A stretch of 64,000 bases of DNA. Source: Bugula neritina (Eukaryota; Animalia; Bryozoa). A program made the position numbers and the translations under genes. A model generated the notes under the pieces. That model had not been told where the DNA came from. It did not search any database and saw nothing but the letters and a program-made list of their open reading frames with translations. The stretch lies in assembly GCA_964035545.1 (NCBI GenBank), contig OZ037767.1, positions 23,700,628 through 23,764,627 of the forward strand, read 5' to 3'. How positions within the stretch are numbered: the stretch's first letter is position 1; the number at the start of each line of letters is the position of its first letter. Below, piece by piece: positions 38,924 to 50,900 of this stretch.

Positions 38924-41900
38924 ATGCTGTCGAATAGCAGGTAACTAGACTAAATGTTTCTTACAATTTATTAACTAACCACTGCTGCCAGTTATTTTAC
39001 TAGTGGCTATCAGTTATTTAGTTAAATTTTGATGATTTTCAACGAGTAACATGTTAGAAAGCTGTGATTTATATTTGTGTTCCTTCAAGTGGGTTGGACT
39101 TTAATTTAGGACATAAAATCTCAACTCTATTAGATATTCTAAAACCGAGTAGCAGCTTGGTGGCACAAATTTAGGTGGTAACAGTTTTCAGTTTTTTCCT
39201 GTATATTTCTATGAAGCATGTAATATTATGTTTGCTATACTACAATTGCTAAAAATAACATCAATATACAATGTTATGTTTATATTACATTATAATTATA
39301 AAATTTTGTTTGTTTGTCATCTAGTTCCTTGTTTAACTTGCCATTAATCACTATCCTCCTGGTTACTGATTCTTGTTGGTTTACTCATCATTGATATTGC
39401 TGTTGATATTTGGTTATTAGTATTACTCAGTATCTTTCCAATGATAACATCTCTGCAGATACTCTGTCATGTACACAGGTGACATGCATTTTGTTTCAGG
39501 TGGTTTCATCCAAACATATCTGGTCATGAAGCTGAGAGACTGCTCATGGAAAAGGGATATGATGGAAGTTTTCTTGCCAGACCCAGTGAAGGAACCCCAG
39601 GCAACAGTACCCTCTGTGTTAGGTAATCTACTGTAGTAACAACAGTACCCTCTGTGTTAGGTAATCTACTGTAGTAACTACAGTACCCTCTGTGTTAGGT
39701 AATCTACTGTAGTAGCAACAGTACCCTCTGTGTTAGGTAAACTACTGTAGTAACAACAGTACCCTCTGTGTTAGGTAATCTACTGTAGTAACAACAGTAC
39801 CCTCTGTGTTAGGTAATCTACTGTAGTAGCAACAGTACCCTCTGTGTTAGGTAAACTACTGTAGTAACAACAGTACCCTCTGTGTTAGGTAATCTACTGT
39901 AGTAGCAACAGTACCCTCTGTGTTAGGTAAACTACTGTAGTAACAACAGTACCCTCTGTGTTAGGTAAACTACTGTAGTAACAACAGTACCCTCTGTGTT
40001 AGGTAATCTACTGTAGTAGCAACAGTACCCTCTGTGTTAGGTAAACTACTGTAGTAACAACAGTACCCTCTGTGTTAGGTAATCTACTGTAGTAGCAACA
40101 GTACCCTCTGTGTTAGGTAATCTACTGTAGTAACAACAGTACCCTCTGTGTTAGGTAAACTACTGTAGTAGCAACAGTACACTCTGTGTTAGGTAATCTA
40201 CTGTAGTAACTACAGTACACTCTGTGTTAGGTAATCTACTGTAGTAACAACAGTACCCTCTGTGTTAGGTAATCTACTGTAGTAACAACAGTACCCTCTG
40301 TGTTAGGTAAACTACTGTAGTAGCAACAGTACCCTCTGTGTTAGGTAATCTACTGTAGTAGCTACAGTACACTCTGTGTTAGGTAAACTACTGTAGTAAC
40401 TACAGTACACTCTGTGTTAGGTAATCTACTGTAGTAACTACAGTACCCTCTGTGTTAGGTAATCTACTGTAGTAGCAACAGTACCCTCTGTGTTAGGTAA
40501 TCTACTGTAGTAGCAACAGTACCCTCTGTGTTAGGTAATCTACTGTAGTAACAACAGTACCCTCTGTGTTAGGTAATCTACTGTAGTAACAACAGTACCC
40601 TCTGTGTTAGGTAATCTACTGTAGTAACAACAGTACCCTCTGTGTTAGGTAATCTACTGTAGTAGCAACAGTACCCTCTGTGTTAGGTAATCTACTGTAG
40701 TAACTACAGTACACTCTGTGTTAGGTAAACTACTGTAGTAACTACAGTACACTCTGTGTTAGGTAATCTACTGTAGTAACTACAGTACCCTCTGTGTTAG
40801 GTAATCTACTGTAGTAGCAACAGTACCCTCTGTGTTAGGTAATCTACTGTAGTAGCAACAGTACCCTCTGTGTTAGGTAATCTACTGTAGTAACAACAGT
40901 ACCCTCTGTGTTAGGTAATCTACTGTAGTAACAACAGTACACTCTGTGTTAGGTAAACTACTGTAGTAGCAACATTACCCTCTGTGTTAGGTAAACTACT
41001 GTAGTAACAACAGTACCCTCTGTGTTAGGTAATCTACTGTAGTAACTACAGTACCCTCTGTGTTAGGTAATCTACTGTAGTAGCAACATTACCCTCTGTG
41101 TTAGGTAATCTACTGTAGTAGCAACAGTACACTCTGTGTTAGGTAAACTACTGTAGTAACAACAGTACCCTCTGTGTTAGGTAAACTACTGTAGTAACTA
41201 CAGTACACTCTGTGTTAGGTAATCTACTGTAGTAGCAACATTACCCTCTGTGTTAGGTAAACTACTGTAGTAACTACAGTACACTCTGTGTTAGGTAATC
41301 TACTGTAGTAGCAACATTACCCTCTGTGTTAGGTAATCTACTGTAGTAACTACAGTACCCTCTGTGTTAGGTAAACTACTGTAGTAACAACAGTGCCCTC
41401 TGTGTTAGGTAATCTACTGTAGTAACTACAGTACACTCTGTGTTAGGTAATCTACTGTAGTAACAACAGTACACTCTGTGTTAGGTAATCTACTGTAGTA
41501 ACAACAGTACCCTCTGTGTTAGGTAAACTACTGTAGTAACAACAGTGCCCTCTGTGTTAGGTAAACTACTGTAGTAACTACAGTACACTCTGTGTTAGGT
41601 AATCTACTGTAGTAGCAACAGTACCCTCTGTGTTAGGTAATCTACTGTAGTAACAACAGTACCCTCTGTGTTAGGTAAACTACTGTAGTAACAACAGTGC
41701 CCTCTGTGTTAGGTAAACTACTGTAGTAACTACAGTACACTCTGTGTTAGGTAATCTACTGTAGTAACTACAGTACACTCTGTGTTAGGTAATCTACTGT
41801 AGTAACAACAGTACACTCTGTGTTAGGTAATCTACTGTAGTAACAACAGTACCCTCTGTGTTAGGTAATCTACTGTAGTAACAACAGTACCCTCTGTGTT

Positions 41901-44900
41901 AGGTAAACTACTGTAGTAGCAACAGTACCCTCTGTGTTAGGTAATCTACTGTAGTAACAACAGTACACCCTGTGTTAGGTAATCTACTGTAGTAACAACA
42001 GTACCCTCTGTGTTAGGTAATCTACTGTAGTAACAACAGTACCCTCCGTGTTAGGTAAACTACTGTAGTAACAACAGTACACTCTGTGGTAGGTAAACTA
42101 CTGTAGTAACAACTGGGATAAACTATTTTTAGCTATCAGTTTTTTGACACAAGCCTTTCTTGCTCCTTTATTTCAAATGCACTTGAGGTATATAAAACAC
42201 TTAATCTAACACTCAATTTCTAATGTCAAGTCGGAACTCTATATTGCGCCTTTATACTTTTCTTATTTTATTGACATTTCAATTTTTATAGCCATTTCTA
42301 TTGTCACAGCGGTTAAAACAAAATTGAAACTATTCAAGAGAGCAAAGTTCAGCTGACTATGAAATAGATTGTTGGTGGCTTCTTTTGTAGGAGAGACAGT
42401 GAAGTTACTCATATTAAGATACAGAATCAAGGTGATTTCTACGATCTCTTCGATGGATCTCAATTCGCGTCACTTGCCGAGCTGGTTCAGCATTACTTTG
42501 AGGGTTCAGGTCAGCTGAAGGAGAAAAATGGAGAGATCATTGAACTTAAATATCCTCTGAAGATGTCAGGGCCCACTGCTGAAAGGTATAGTACTCACCT
42601 AGTACCATTAGTACTCACCTAGTACCATTAGTACTCACCTAGTACCATTAGTACTCACCTAGTACCATTAGTACTCACCTAGTACCATTAGTACTCACCT
42701 AGTACCATTAGTACTCACCTAGTACTATTAGTACTCACCTAGTACCAATAGTATTCACCTAGTACTATTAGTACTCACCTAGTACTATTAGTACTCACCT
42801 AGTACTATTAGTACTCACCTAGTACCAATAGTACTCACCTAGTACCATTAGTACTTGCCTAGTACCTTTAGTACTATTAGTACCATTAGTACTATTAGTA
42901 CCACTAGTGTGTAGTACCACTATTACGTAGCATCACTAGTATTTAATATAACTAGTATTTAGCATATCTAGTGTCTAGTATGCTAGGAGTAACTGGCTGT
43001 CTATTCAATCAATATTTCTAAGCACTGTTATTTATATAGAAATCTTACTTTATGTACTCTCAGTAACTAGTATATCTATTAACTAGTACTTCCAGGGACT
43101 AATACAATCAGCAGAGTTACAACTGTCATAACCGTATGAGTTTTAGCTATTCCAAGGATATAATTGGCTCTTGTAATTTAGGTTTATGTCTGAATATCCC
43201 CTCTACCAAAATTATGGTGTGGTTTGCTCGCTGACATTCTGAATATCCCTAGGAACAACTTGACAATAAGTGTCAACACTAGATGTCATCACTATAGGTG
43301 TCATCTGGCATGCCATCACTTTTTTCTAGTATCTTGCTCAACGTGTTAGTTGTTGAATGTCCTGTTTCTCTATTCTGGCTGTTCACGTTAAGCCATTCCA
43401 CTGAGTATGAGAAAGAAGATATGCTGTACTTATTTTCACTTAAATGTCAAAGACTCAAAGAGAGAGGAAGTTGGCTAGTTGTAGAGTAACTGATAGCTGT
43501 GTTAGATAAAATGAATTATACCACATCTCTTAGAGTAGTTAATTTATTAGAAGCTGATGTGAGGCATCTAAAATACCCAGGCTGTCACTTGTATGTTATC
43601 TATTAAACTTCTAAGCCTGCAAATGTGCTATCATCAACATTTATGGTTAGCATTTTCACTACCTCCGCAAGGGTTATCACAGCACACAATACACTGAAGT
43701 ATTGCCAGCTTTAACTCTGTGTATACGATCTAGCTGTAGGTGGTATGTGGTTCCATGTCTAACTATTTGAACATAATATTTGATAAGGCTGTTCCATGTC
43801 TAACTATTTGAATATAATATTTGATAAGGTGGTTCCATGGTCCAATATCAGGCCAGGAAGCAGACAAAATGCTGAATGAAAAAGGGAAGACTGGAAGTTT
43901 TCTTGTGCGAGAGAGTAGAAGTCAACCAGGCAACTATGTGCTGTCAATAAAAACTGAAGATGTCATAAAACATATACATATTAGATTTCAGGTAGGCCCA
44001 TATAATCAGTACATGTGTGTGAGCTTTGTAGTGATGCAGCTTTTAGCTTTGTTTATAAGTTTGTCTTTATGCGGTGTTGTGAGACACATGGGGTGCTATG
44101 ATTCATAATGTCAGGTGCTGTGTCACCCTTTATTAGGTGAAATTACACACATCATAAGGTACTGTGACACACATAGTAGGGTGTTGTGGCTCTCAGTACG
44201 AGGTTTTATGACATGTATACTGAAGTGTTACGACACACACCATAAGGTACTATGACACATGTCACAAGGTACTATGACACATGTCATAAGGTTCTATGAC
44301 ACATATCATAAGTTACTACGACACACATAGTGAGGTGTTGTGACTCACATTGTAATTTGTTATATTTTGTAGAATAACAGCTATGACATTGGAGGAGGAG
44401 AAAGATTTGACAATTTATCAGATCTAATAGAACACTATAAACAAAACCCTATGGTAGAAATCTCAGGGGCTGTTGTGCAACTAAAACAGGTAGAGTCTGT
44501 CTCAGTTGAATGTGGAAATCCACTTCATAACTATATACTCTAAGGCTAAACTATTGTCTACACATATTCTACACATTGCCTACACATAATATACACATAT
44601 TCTACACATTGTCTACACATCAATAATAAATAGCTACCTTCCGAAAATCCTGTGAAATACACACTACCCCCCATTATCCAGTATATGTATGTGGGGTTTG
44701 ACTATTTAGGAAAGTGCATGACATATAACACTAATTTGTGGTTTTCAGAATGGGTATTTTCAACCCTAACAAAGAGACATAAATCCAATATAAGAACTAA
44801 AGCAAAGCCATAATTACCATGTATATATTTATTCATGTAGTCTTTTTATGTGCCGTAACCCATTTCATACTCTATACAAGAACAATGCAAGCTGCTGGTG

Positions 44901-47900
44901 CATAACTTAGCATGCTGCAATACTCTGGTGAATTTAAACAGAAAAAAATATGTGACTGTCTGGTATGCTAGACTGCTGTAGCTAATTATTGTAGAGGTAT
45001 AGGTTGGTCACTCTGCTACCCCAACTTTAATGTTAAACTATTGCACTATTTTTCGTGTAGGCCTAATGACTTTACAAAACAAAAATTTACAAATATTCTA
45101 ATCTTTTATGAAACAGCATTCATTTCATCACTTCATGCTGTTTACCACCAAGTGCATTCAACTTGTCATGAAGTTATATAACATAGATTTCAACTCTCAC
45201 AACTAGCACCACTATTATTACTATTATTAGTCAAGTGTTCTAAAACAAGTGTTATGTAGGTGCAGATGTAATGATAAATTTACTAACAATGGTGTTTTAG
45301 CTGATAGTATAGTTAATTTTTGATAATTCTAGAAATATGTGCTAAAAACTAAAACATATTTTTGCAGCATTCGGTGTATTTTAACATTTAAGGCTTAAGT
45401 GAATATGTAAATAGTGGTTACGTGTTACACATGGACAATAACTAGCAATAGAGGAGTTCTATGCAGGTTCACTTTAGAATGCAGCAGTTGAAGCAGAGAT
45501 CATAAAAATATAATGCTCAGTTTATGATAGAGAAAATGGCAATGTAGAGTGAACCCTTATCCACTGTACAACCAGTTATTTTCTTCACTAATATAACATT
45601 TAACTTGACCAGTATAACATGCAATTACTTCCTTCATCTACCAATAGTCACAATCCTTTTAGTGATGACAACATATACAGCATATTATGCTTTGCAATGA
45701 ATAGCTATGGTAGTTATGTTCTCATTGTTCATCAAGAGATAACTGCACTAATTGGTCTATGACCTGTGTGATATTTACTTGTCAGTTTTTTCTATTTTCC
45801 TGGAGTTTCTCGGTGTTTTAGCCTCTACACACATCCCGGTTTCTGGTGTCCGACATTGAGGACAGAGTAAAGAAGTTGCAGGAAGATCACGGCATGAGTG
45901 CCAACAAAGGGGGGTTCTGGGACGAGTTTGAAGAACTGCAGCAGCAAGAGTGTAAACATTTATTTAGCCGAAAAATTGGGCAAAAAGAAGAAAACAGGAG
46001 CAAGAATCGATACAAAAATATTTTACCATGTAGGTATCCACTGAATGAGTGAACATGCTGTTACTACAGTAGCAACGTACAGTATTACCTACAGTGTAAC
46101 ATTAGTAACTACAGTATTTATTACCTACAGTGTAACATTAGTAACTACAGTATTTATTACCTACAGTGTAAGCATGAGTAACTAAGTTTGTTGGAGTCGT
46201 TTACTAATAAACCTTTTTCTTGAGCTAATATTAAGTTGTTGAAGTGGAGAAGGAGTTATCTACTTTTCCAACACACTAATTCAATGATTTTACCTTTATA
46301 ACCTAAATACAAATACATTGTAACAGAAAACTATGCAGCTATATAGAGTATTGGGGAAACTACAGAATGTAAGATATTTCTATATTAGTCATGCGATACT
46401 CTGAAGTTCCTAAGGCTATGCTGTCAGCACCGCTTGAGTTCTTACAGAGTCACTGCCTGAACCAGCACGAGTTTTATTAGCCTTCAGACCTATAACTTTA
46501 GTATGCTTGTTAATTGGTTACAATGTATATTATTTGTATTTGTTAGACTATGGACCTCAGACCTCATTGCATTTGATGCTTATTATGTTCACCAGAACTA
46601 CTCAGCTTTCATATCCACTGATTGTTGCTCTAAGTTTATGTGCTCAATACAAATTAACTAAATTGTATATAAATATGTAAAGTTTTAATAATGTCTAGAG
46701 CTGAATTTGGTGTGACTGTTCATGTATATGTTTACAGTTGATCACACTAGAGTTATTCTGGACAGTGCCAGCCCTGAATATGACTACATTAACGCCAACT
46801 TCATAGAAGCTTCGGTGAGAATACAAACTACTATTCATCGCATTTTGTTTCTTCGGACTTAATGTTTGCATCCTTTCTACTTGCACCTATATAGAAGTAA
46901 ATCCAATTTTAAACCATCTTCCTTTGGATTTGTTCAATATTTCAATTATAACCAAGTGAGTGCCGAATAGACACTGTATATGCTTTGTATGATGTAACCC
47001 TTGTAGTCCGACACTGACGGTAGTCAGGGAGATAAGACGTACCATAAAAGGTACATCGCTACTCAAGGTTGTCTCAATGCCACCATTACAGACTTCTGGC
47101 GAATGGTCTGGCAAGAGCGATGTCAGGTTATCGTCATGACAACAAAGGAGCAGGAGAGAGGCAAGGTAGGCACGTGGGGCAGCTTCTGTAACTAATTTTC
47201 ACATGAACTATACTTGTTCAACCATGCATGTCTTTTGAAGACTGTTTATTGTTTTTGAGCCTTTCAACTTTGTTTCTAGATAAATCTCTCTAGGGCTGCA
47301 GTACATTAGTAGTTATCAACTTTTATTAGCTTATTTTCGCAAACTGAAACTGTGTTGTGTAAGATTACTGATTTGTTGCTTCTTCAAAACACAAAGGTGT
47401 GTAAATAATTACATTGGAGTAGTTAAGATGTTGGAGTTGTCTCTACGTTATACATGTATAGCTGCTTATGTGATAGTGTCACTGCGCAACATGTTATGAT
47501 AAAATGCTGTACTTTGTGGCACCGCCATCATGTGTGGCACTGTGTAGTGACACTGCGCTATCTTTACTGACATTGTGTCACGTGTAGTAGTGACACTGTG
47601 CCACAGGTGATGGCAGTTGAGTGCTATGCCTTCCATGCTCTATACTCAATGTGTAGAACAAGTGCGCCAAGTACTGGCCAGATGCTAACAAGGTAATGCC
47701 AGTTCCCCATCCCGATGGCGTGGGTCCAGTCATAACTATACTAAACTTATCCGAGGAAGTTTCTTCTGATTACATAATGAGGGAACTTGAAGTCTCCCGT
47801 GAGTCCGAAGAGAAACGCAGAATCTACCAGTTCCAATTTAGATCCTGGCCTGACCACGGAGTGCCCAAAGACCCTGGTGTGTAGAAATAGTGCACAGTTT

Positions 47901-50900
47901 ACTATCTATAAATGTGGTATGCACCCATGTGGGTGCACTACACATATGTCCATATCACAAATGTGTACATGCTGATTACTATTCAACTAGTATGTTCTGT
48001 TTCTAGTCTCTCAATGTATTTGCTCTGCTGAGATTTCCATTTACATTTGAACTCATGCAGTTTCATAATTTGAGTTTTACTGTTTTAGGTTGTGTTTTGG
48101 ACTTCCTGCAAAAAATTAATGAAAAACAGAATAACATCAAAGATGCTGGTCCCATAGTAGTTCACTGCAGGTATGTGGTTGGTTAGTAGATGACTAGGTG
48201 TAGGTAGGTGACTAGGTGTAGGTAAGTGACTAGGTGTGGGTAGGTGACTAGGTGTGGGTAGGTGACTAGGTGTAGGTAGGTGACTAAGTGTGGGTAGGTG
48301 ACTAGGTGTGGGTAGGTGACTAGGTGTGAGTAGGTGACTAGGTGTGGGTAGATGACTAAGTGTGGGTAGGTAACTAGGTGTGGGTAGGTAGCTAGGTGTA
48401 GGTAGGTGACTAGGTGTAAGTAGGTGACTAGGTGTGGGTAGGTGACTAGGTGTGGGTAGGTGACTAGGTGTGGGTAGGTGACAAGGTGTGGGTAGGTGAC
48501 TAGGTGTGGGTAGGTAACTAGATGTAGGTAGGTGACTAGGTTTGGGTAGGTGACTAGGTGTAGGTAGGTGACTAAGTGTGGGTAGGTGACTAGGTGTGGG
48601 TAGGTGACTAGGTGTGAGTAGGTGACTAGGTGTGGGTAGATGACTAAGTGTGGGTAGGTAACTAGGTGTGGGTAGGTAACTAGGTGTAGGTAGGTGACTA
48701 GGTGTAAGTAGGTGACTAGGTGTGGGTAGGTGACAAGGTGTGGGTAGGTGACTAGGTGTGGGTAGGTAACTAGATGTAGGTAGGTGACTAGGTTTGGGTA
48801 GGTGACTAGGTGTGGGTAGGTAACTAGTTGTGGGTAGGTGACTATCAGTTGAGAAAAGCATGTTTTAAAATGTTATTTATATTGTAGTTTATAATTTCAT
48901 TGTTTTATACAATTTGTATGGTAAGCTGACTGAAGTATTTTATTGCAATCTTATAGCTTTCTTTCATATTGTATTTGTAGTGCAGGGATTGGCAGAACTG
49001 GGACATTTATTGTAATTGACATTATCCTTACACAGCTACTAGTCTATGGTAAGTTACTAGTTTACTGTAAGTTACTAGCCTACTGTAAGTTACTGGTGTA
49101 TGGTAAGTTACTAGTTTACTGCAAGTTACTAGCCTACTGTAAGTTACTGGTGTATGGTAAGTTACTAGTTTACTGCAAGTTACTTGTTTAAGGTAAGTTA
49201 AATACTTATTGAAGTACCTTGCCTACTTAACTCGGGCATTATATGGGTGTTGTCTTTCTTCACCTGGAATAACCTCATATCTGGTCTATGAGGTTACTCC
49301 CAGGTGTAGGCTATGATTCTATTGAAATGAGGCTGTAATGAATACCATACGAAATTGCTATTATAAAGAACTGTTACTATATATAAGCAAGGTCGTGCTG
49401 GTTGCAGGACTAGACTGTGATATTGATATCCAGAGAGCCATACTGAATGTCAGGTCACAGAGGTCTGGCATGGTGCAGACAGAAGCTCAGTACAAGTTCG
49501 TGTACCTGGCTATCCAACACTACAAGGAGACCGTATCTCAAAGGAGAATCGCTGAGAGACAAAGTCACAATCGAGAAGTGAGTAGCACATTCATCTGATC
49601 AGAAATAGGCTTTAACAATGGGCTTGAGATTATAGAATTGTTCTACTGTTGATAACAAATACGAGCCGAAATTCAACTTTTTACAGGAAATTTATAAACT
49701 GTTGGCTGTTGTTTTTAGTTGTCACCCATAGGAAGCATGTGGGTGGCAGACTACAGATCCTTTTTTTAAACTATCTGAGCCTCCGATTTAAATAAGTATT
49801 TGTTAGTCTCAGCTTTTAATGATATATTATCAATTGATTCTGGTGACATTGGAAATGTAGGTCTTGTATTTCTTATTGAAATGTATAGTGATGCTACAAC
49901 AATCTACTTTTAGTATACCAATTTAAAATATGCAAGTGAAGCAGCAGGCGGGCAGGGGTCAACATCCAATCTTTCTTTATCGGCAGCAAGAAAATCCAAG
50001 TCAAAGGCTCCATCAAGGTAAGCTCTGTTGCATTTCACTGTAGGTAGTTCATCATATTACTGATGACAAGTGTCTTCATTATGGTAGGTGCTTGTATAAT
50101 ATGAAAGTAGATGGCTAGATTATTATTGATAAATTCTCAGCATCAGTTAGAGTATCTTTTTTTTTACAGACGAGAGTTGTTTTTATGTAGGCAATACCAA
50201 CTGTGTTTGTTAGGTCTCTTAACCTGACCAGGCAGTTGGTGGACTGATATATTATAGAATATAATAATTGTATATCCTGTTCTGTTTCTAAAGATGAAAT
50301 TATTGTGGTGCGTATCACCCACCCTCTTCTAGTTACTGAAGACATTTATTTCTTATATGTTCAACAGTGTTTTTGAATCTGATATTTAGATATATTGTAT
50401 TTTAGAGTGTGTAAGTTATTAACCTGGTGTACTTGATTACATAAAGAAAAATTGTGTTACATCACCATAACATTATGTGTCTGATTTCATTTGAGTCATG
50501 TCTTATGAGCTGGTTTCTTACTGGTGGTTTACTAGCGACTTAAGGACACTGGTTACTTAGCAGTTATACACTGATTACACACTTCTTATAAACTGGTTAT
50601 TCACTGATTTCTGGTTATTCACTGGTTACACACTTTTTATAAACTGGTTATTCAGTGGTTGCACATCTATAAACTGGTTATTCACTGGTTGCACATCTAT
50701 AAACTGGTTATTCACTGGTTGCACATCTATAAACTGGTTATTCACTGGTTGCACATCTATAAACTGGTTATTCACTGGTTGCACATCTATAAACTGGTTA
50801 TTCACTGGTTGCACATCTATAAACTGATTATTCATTGGTTATTCACTGGTTACATACTTCTTATACACTGGTTGCACACTGGTCGCACATTTATAAACTG

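Noticed and set aside
39603-42113. CRISPR-like array (38-bp period)
   Set aside because: Head-to-tail repeats with no unique spacers, no cas genes, and located inside a eukaryotic intron.
48085-48861. 258-aa PTPSHL-repeat ORF
   Set aside because: Antisense translation of an 18-bp intronic minisatellite; it is open only because the unit lacks stops.
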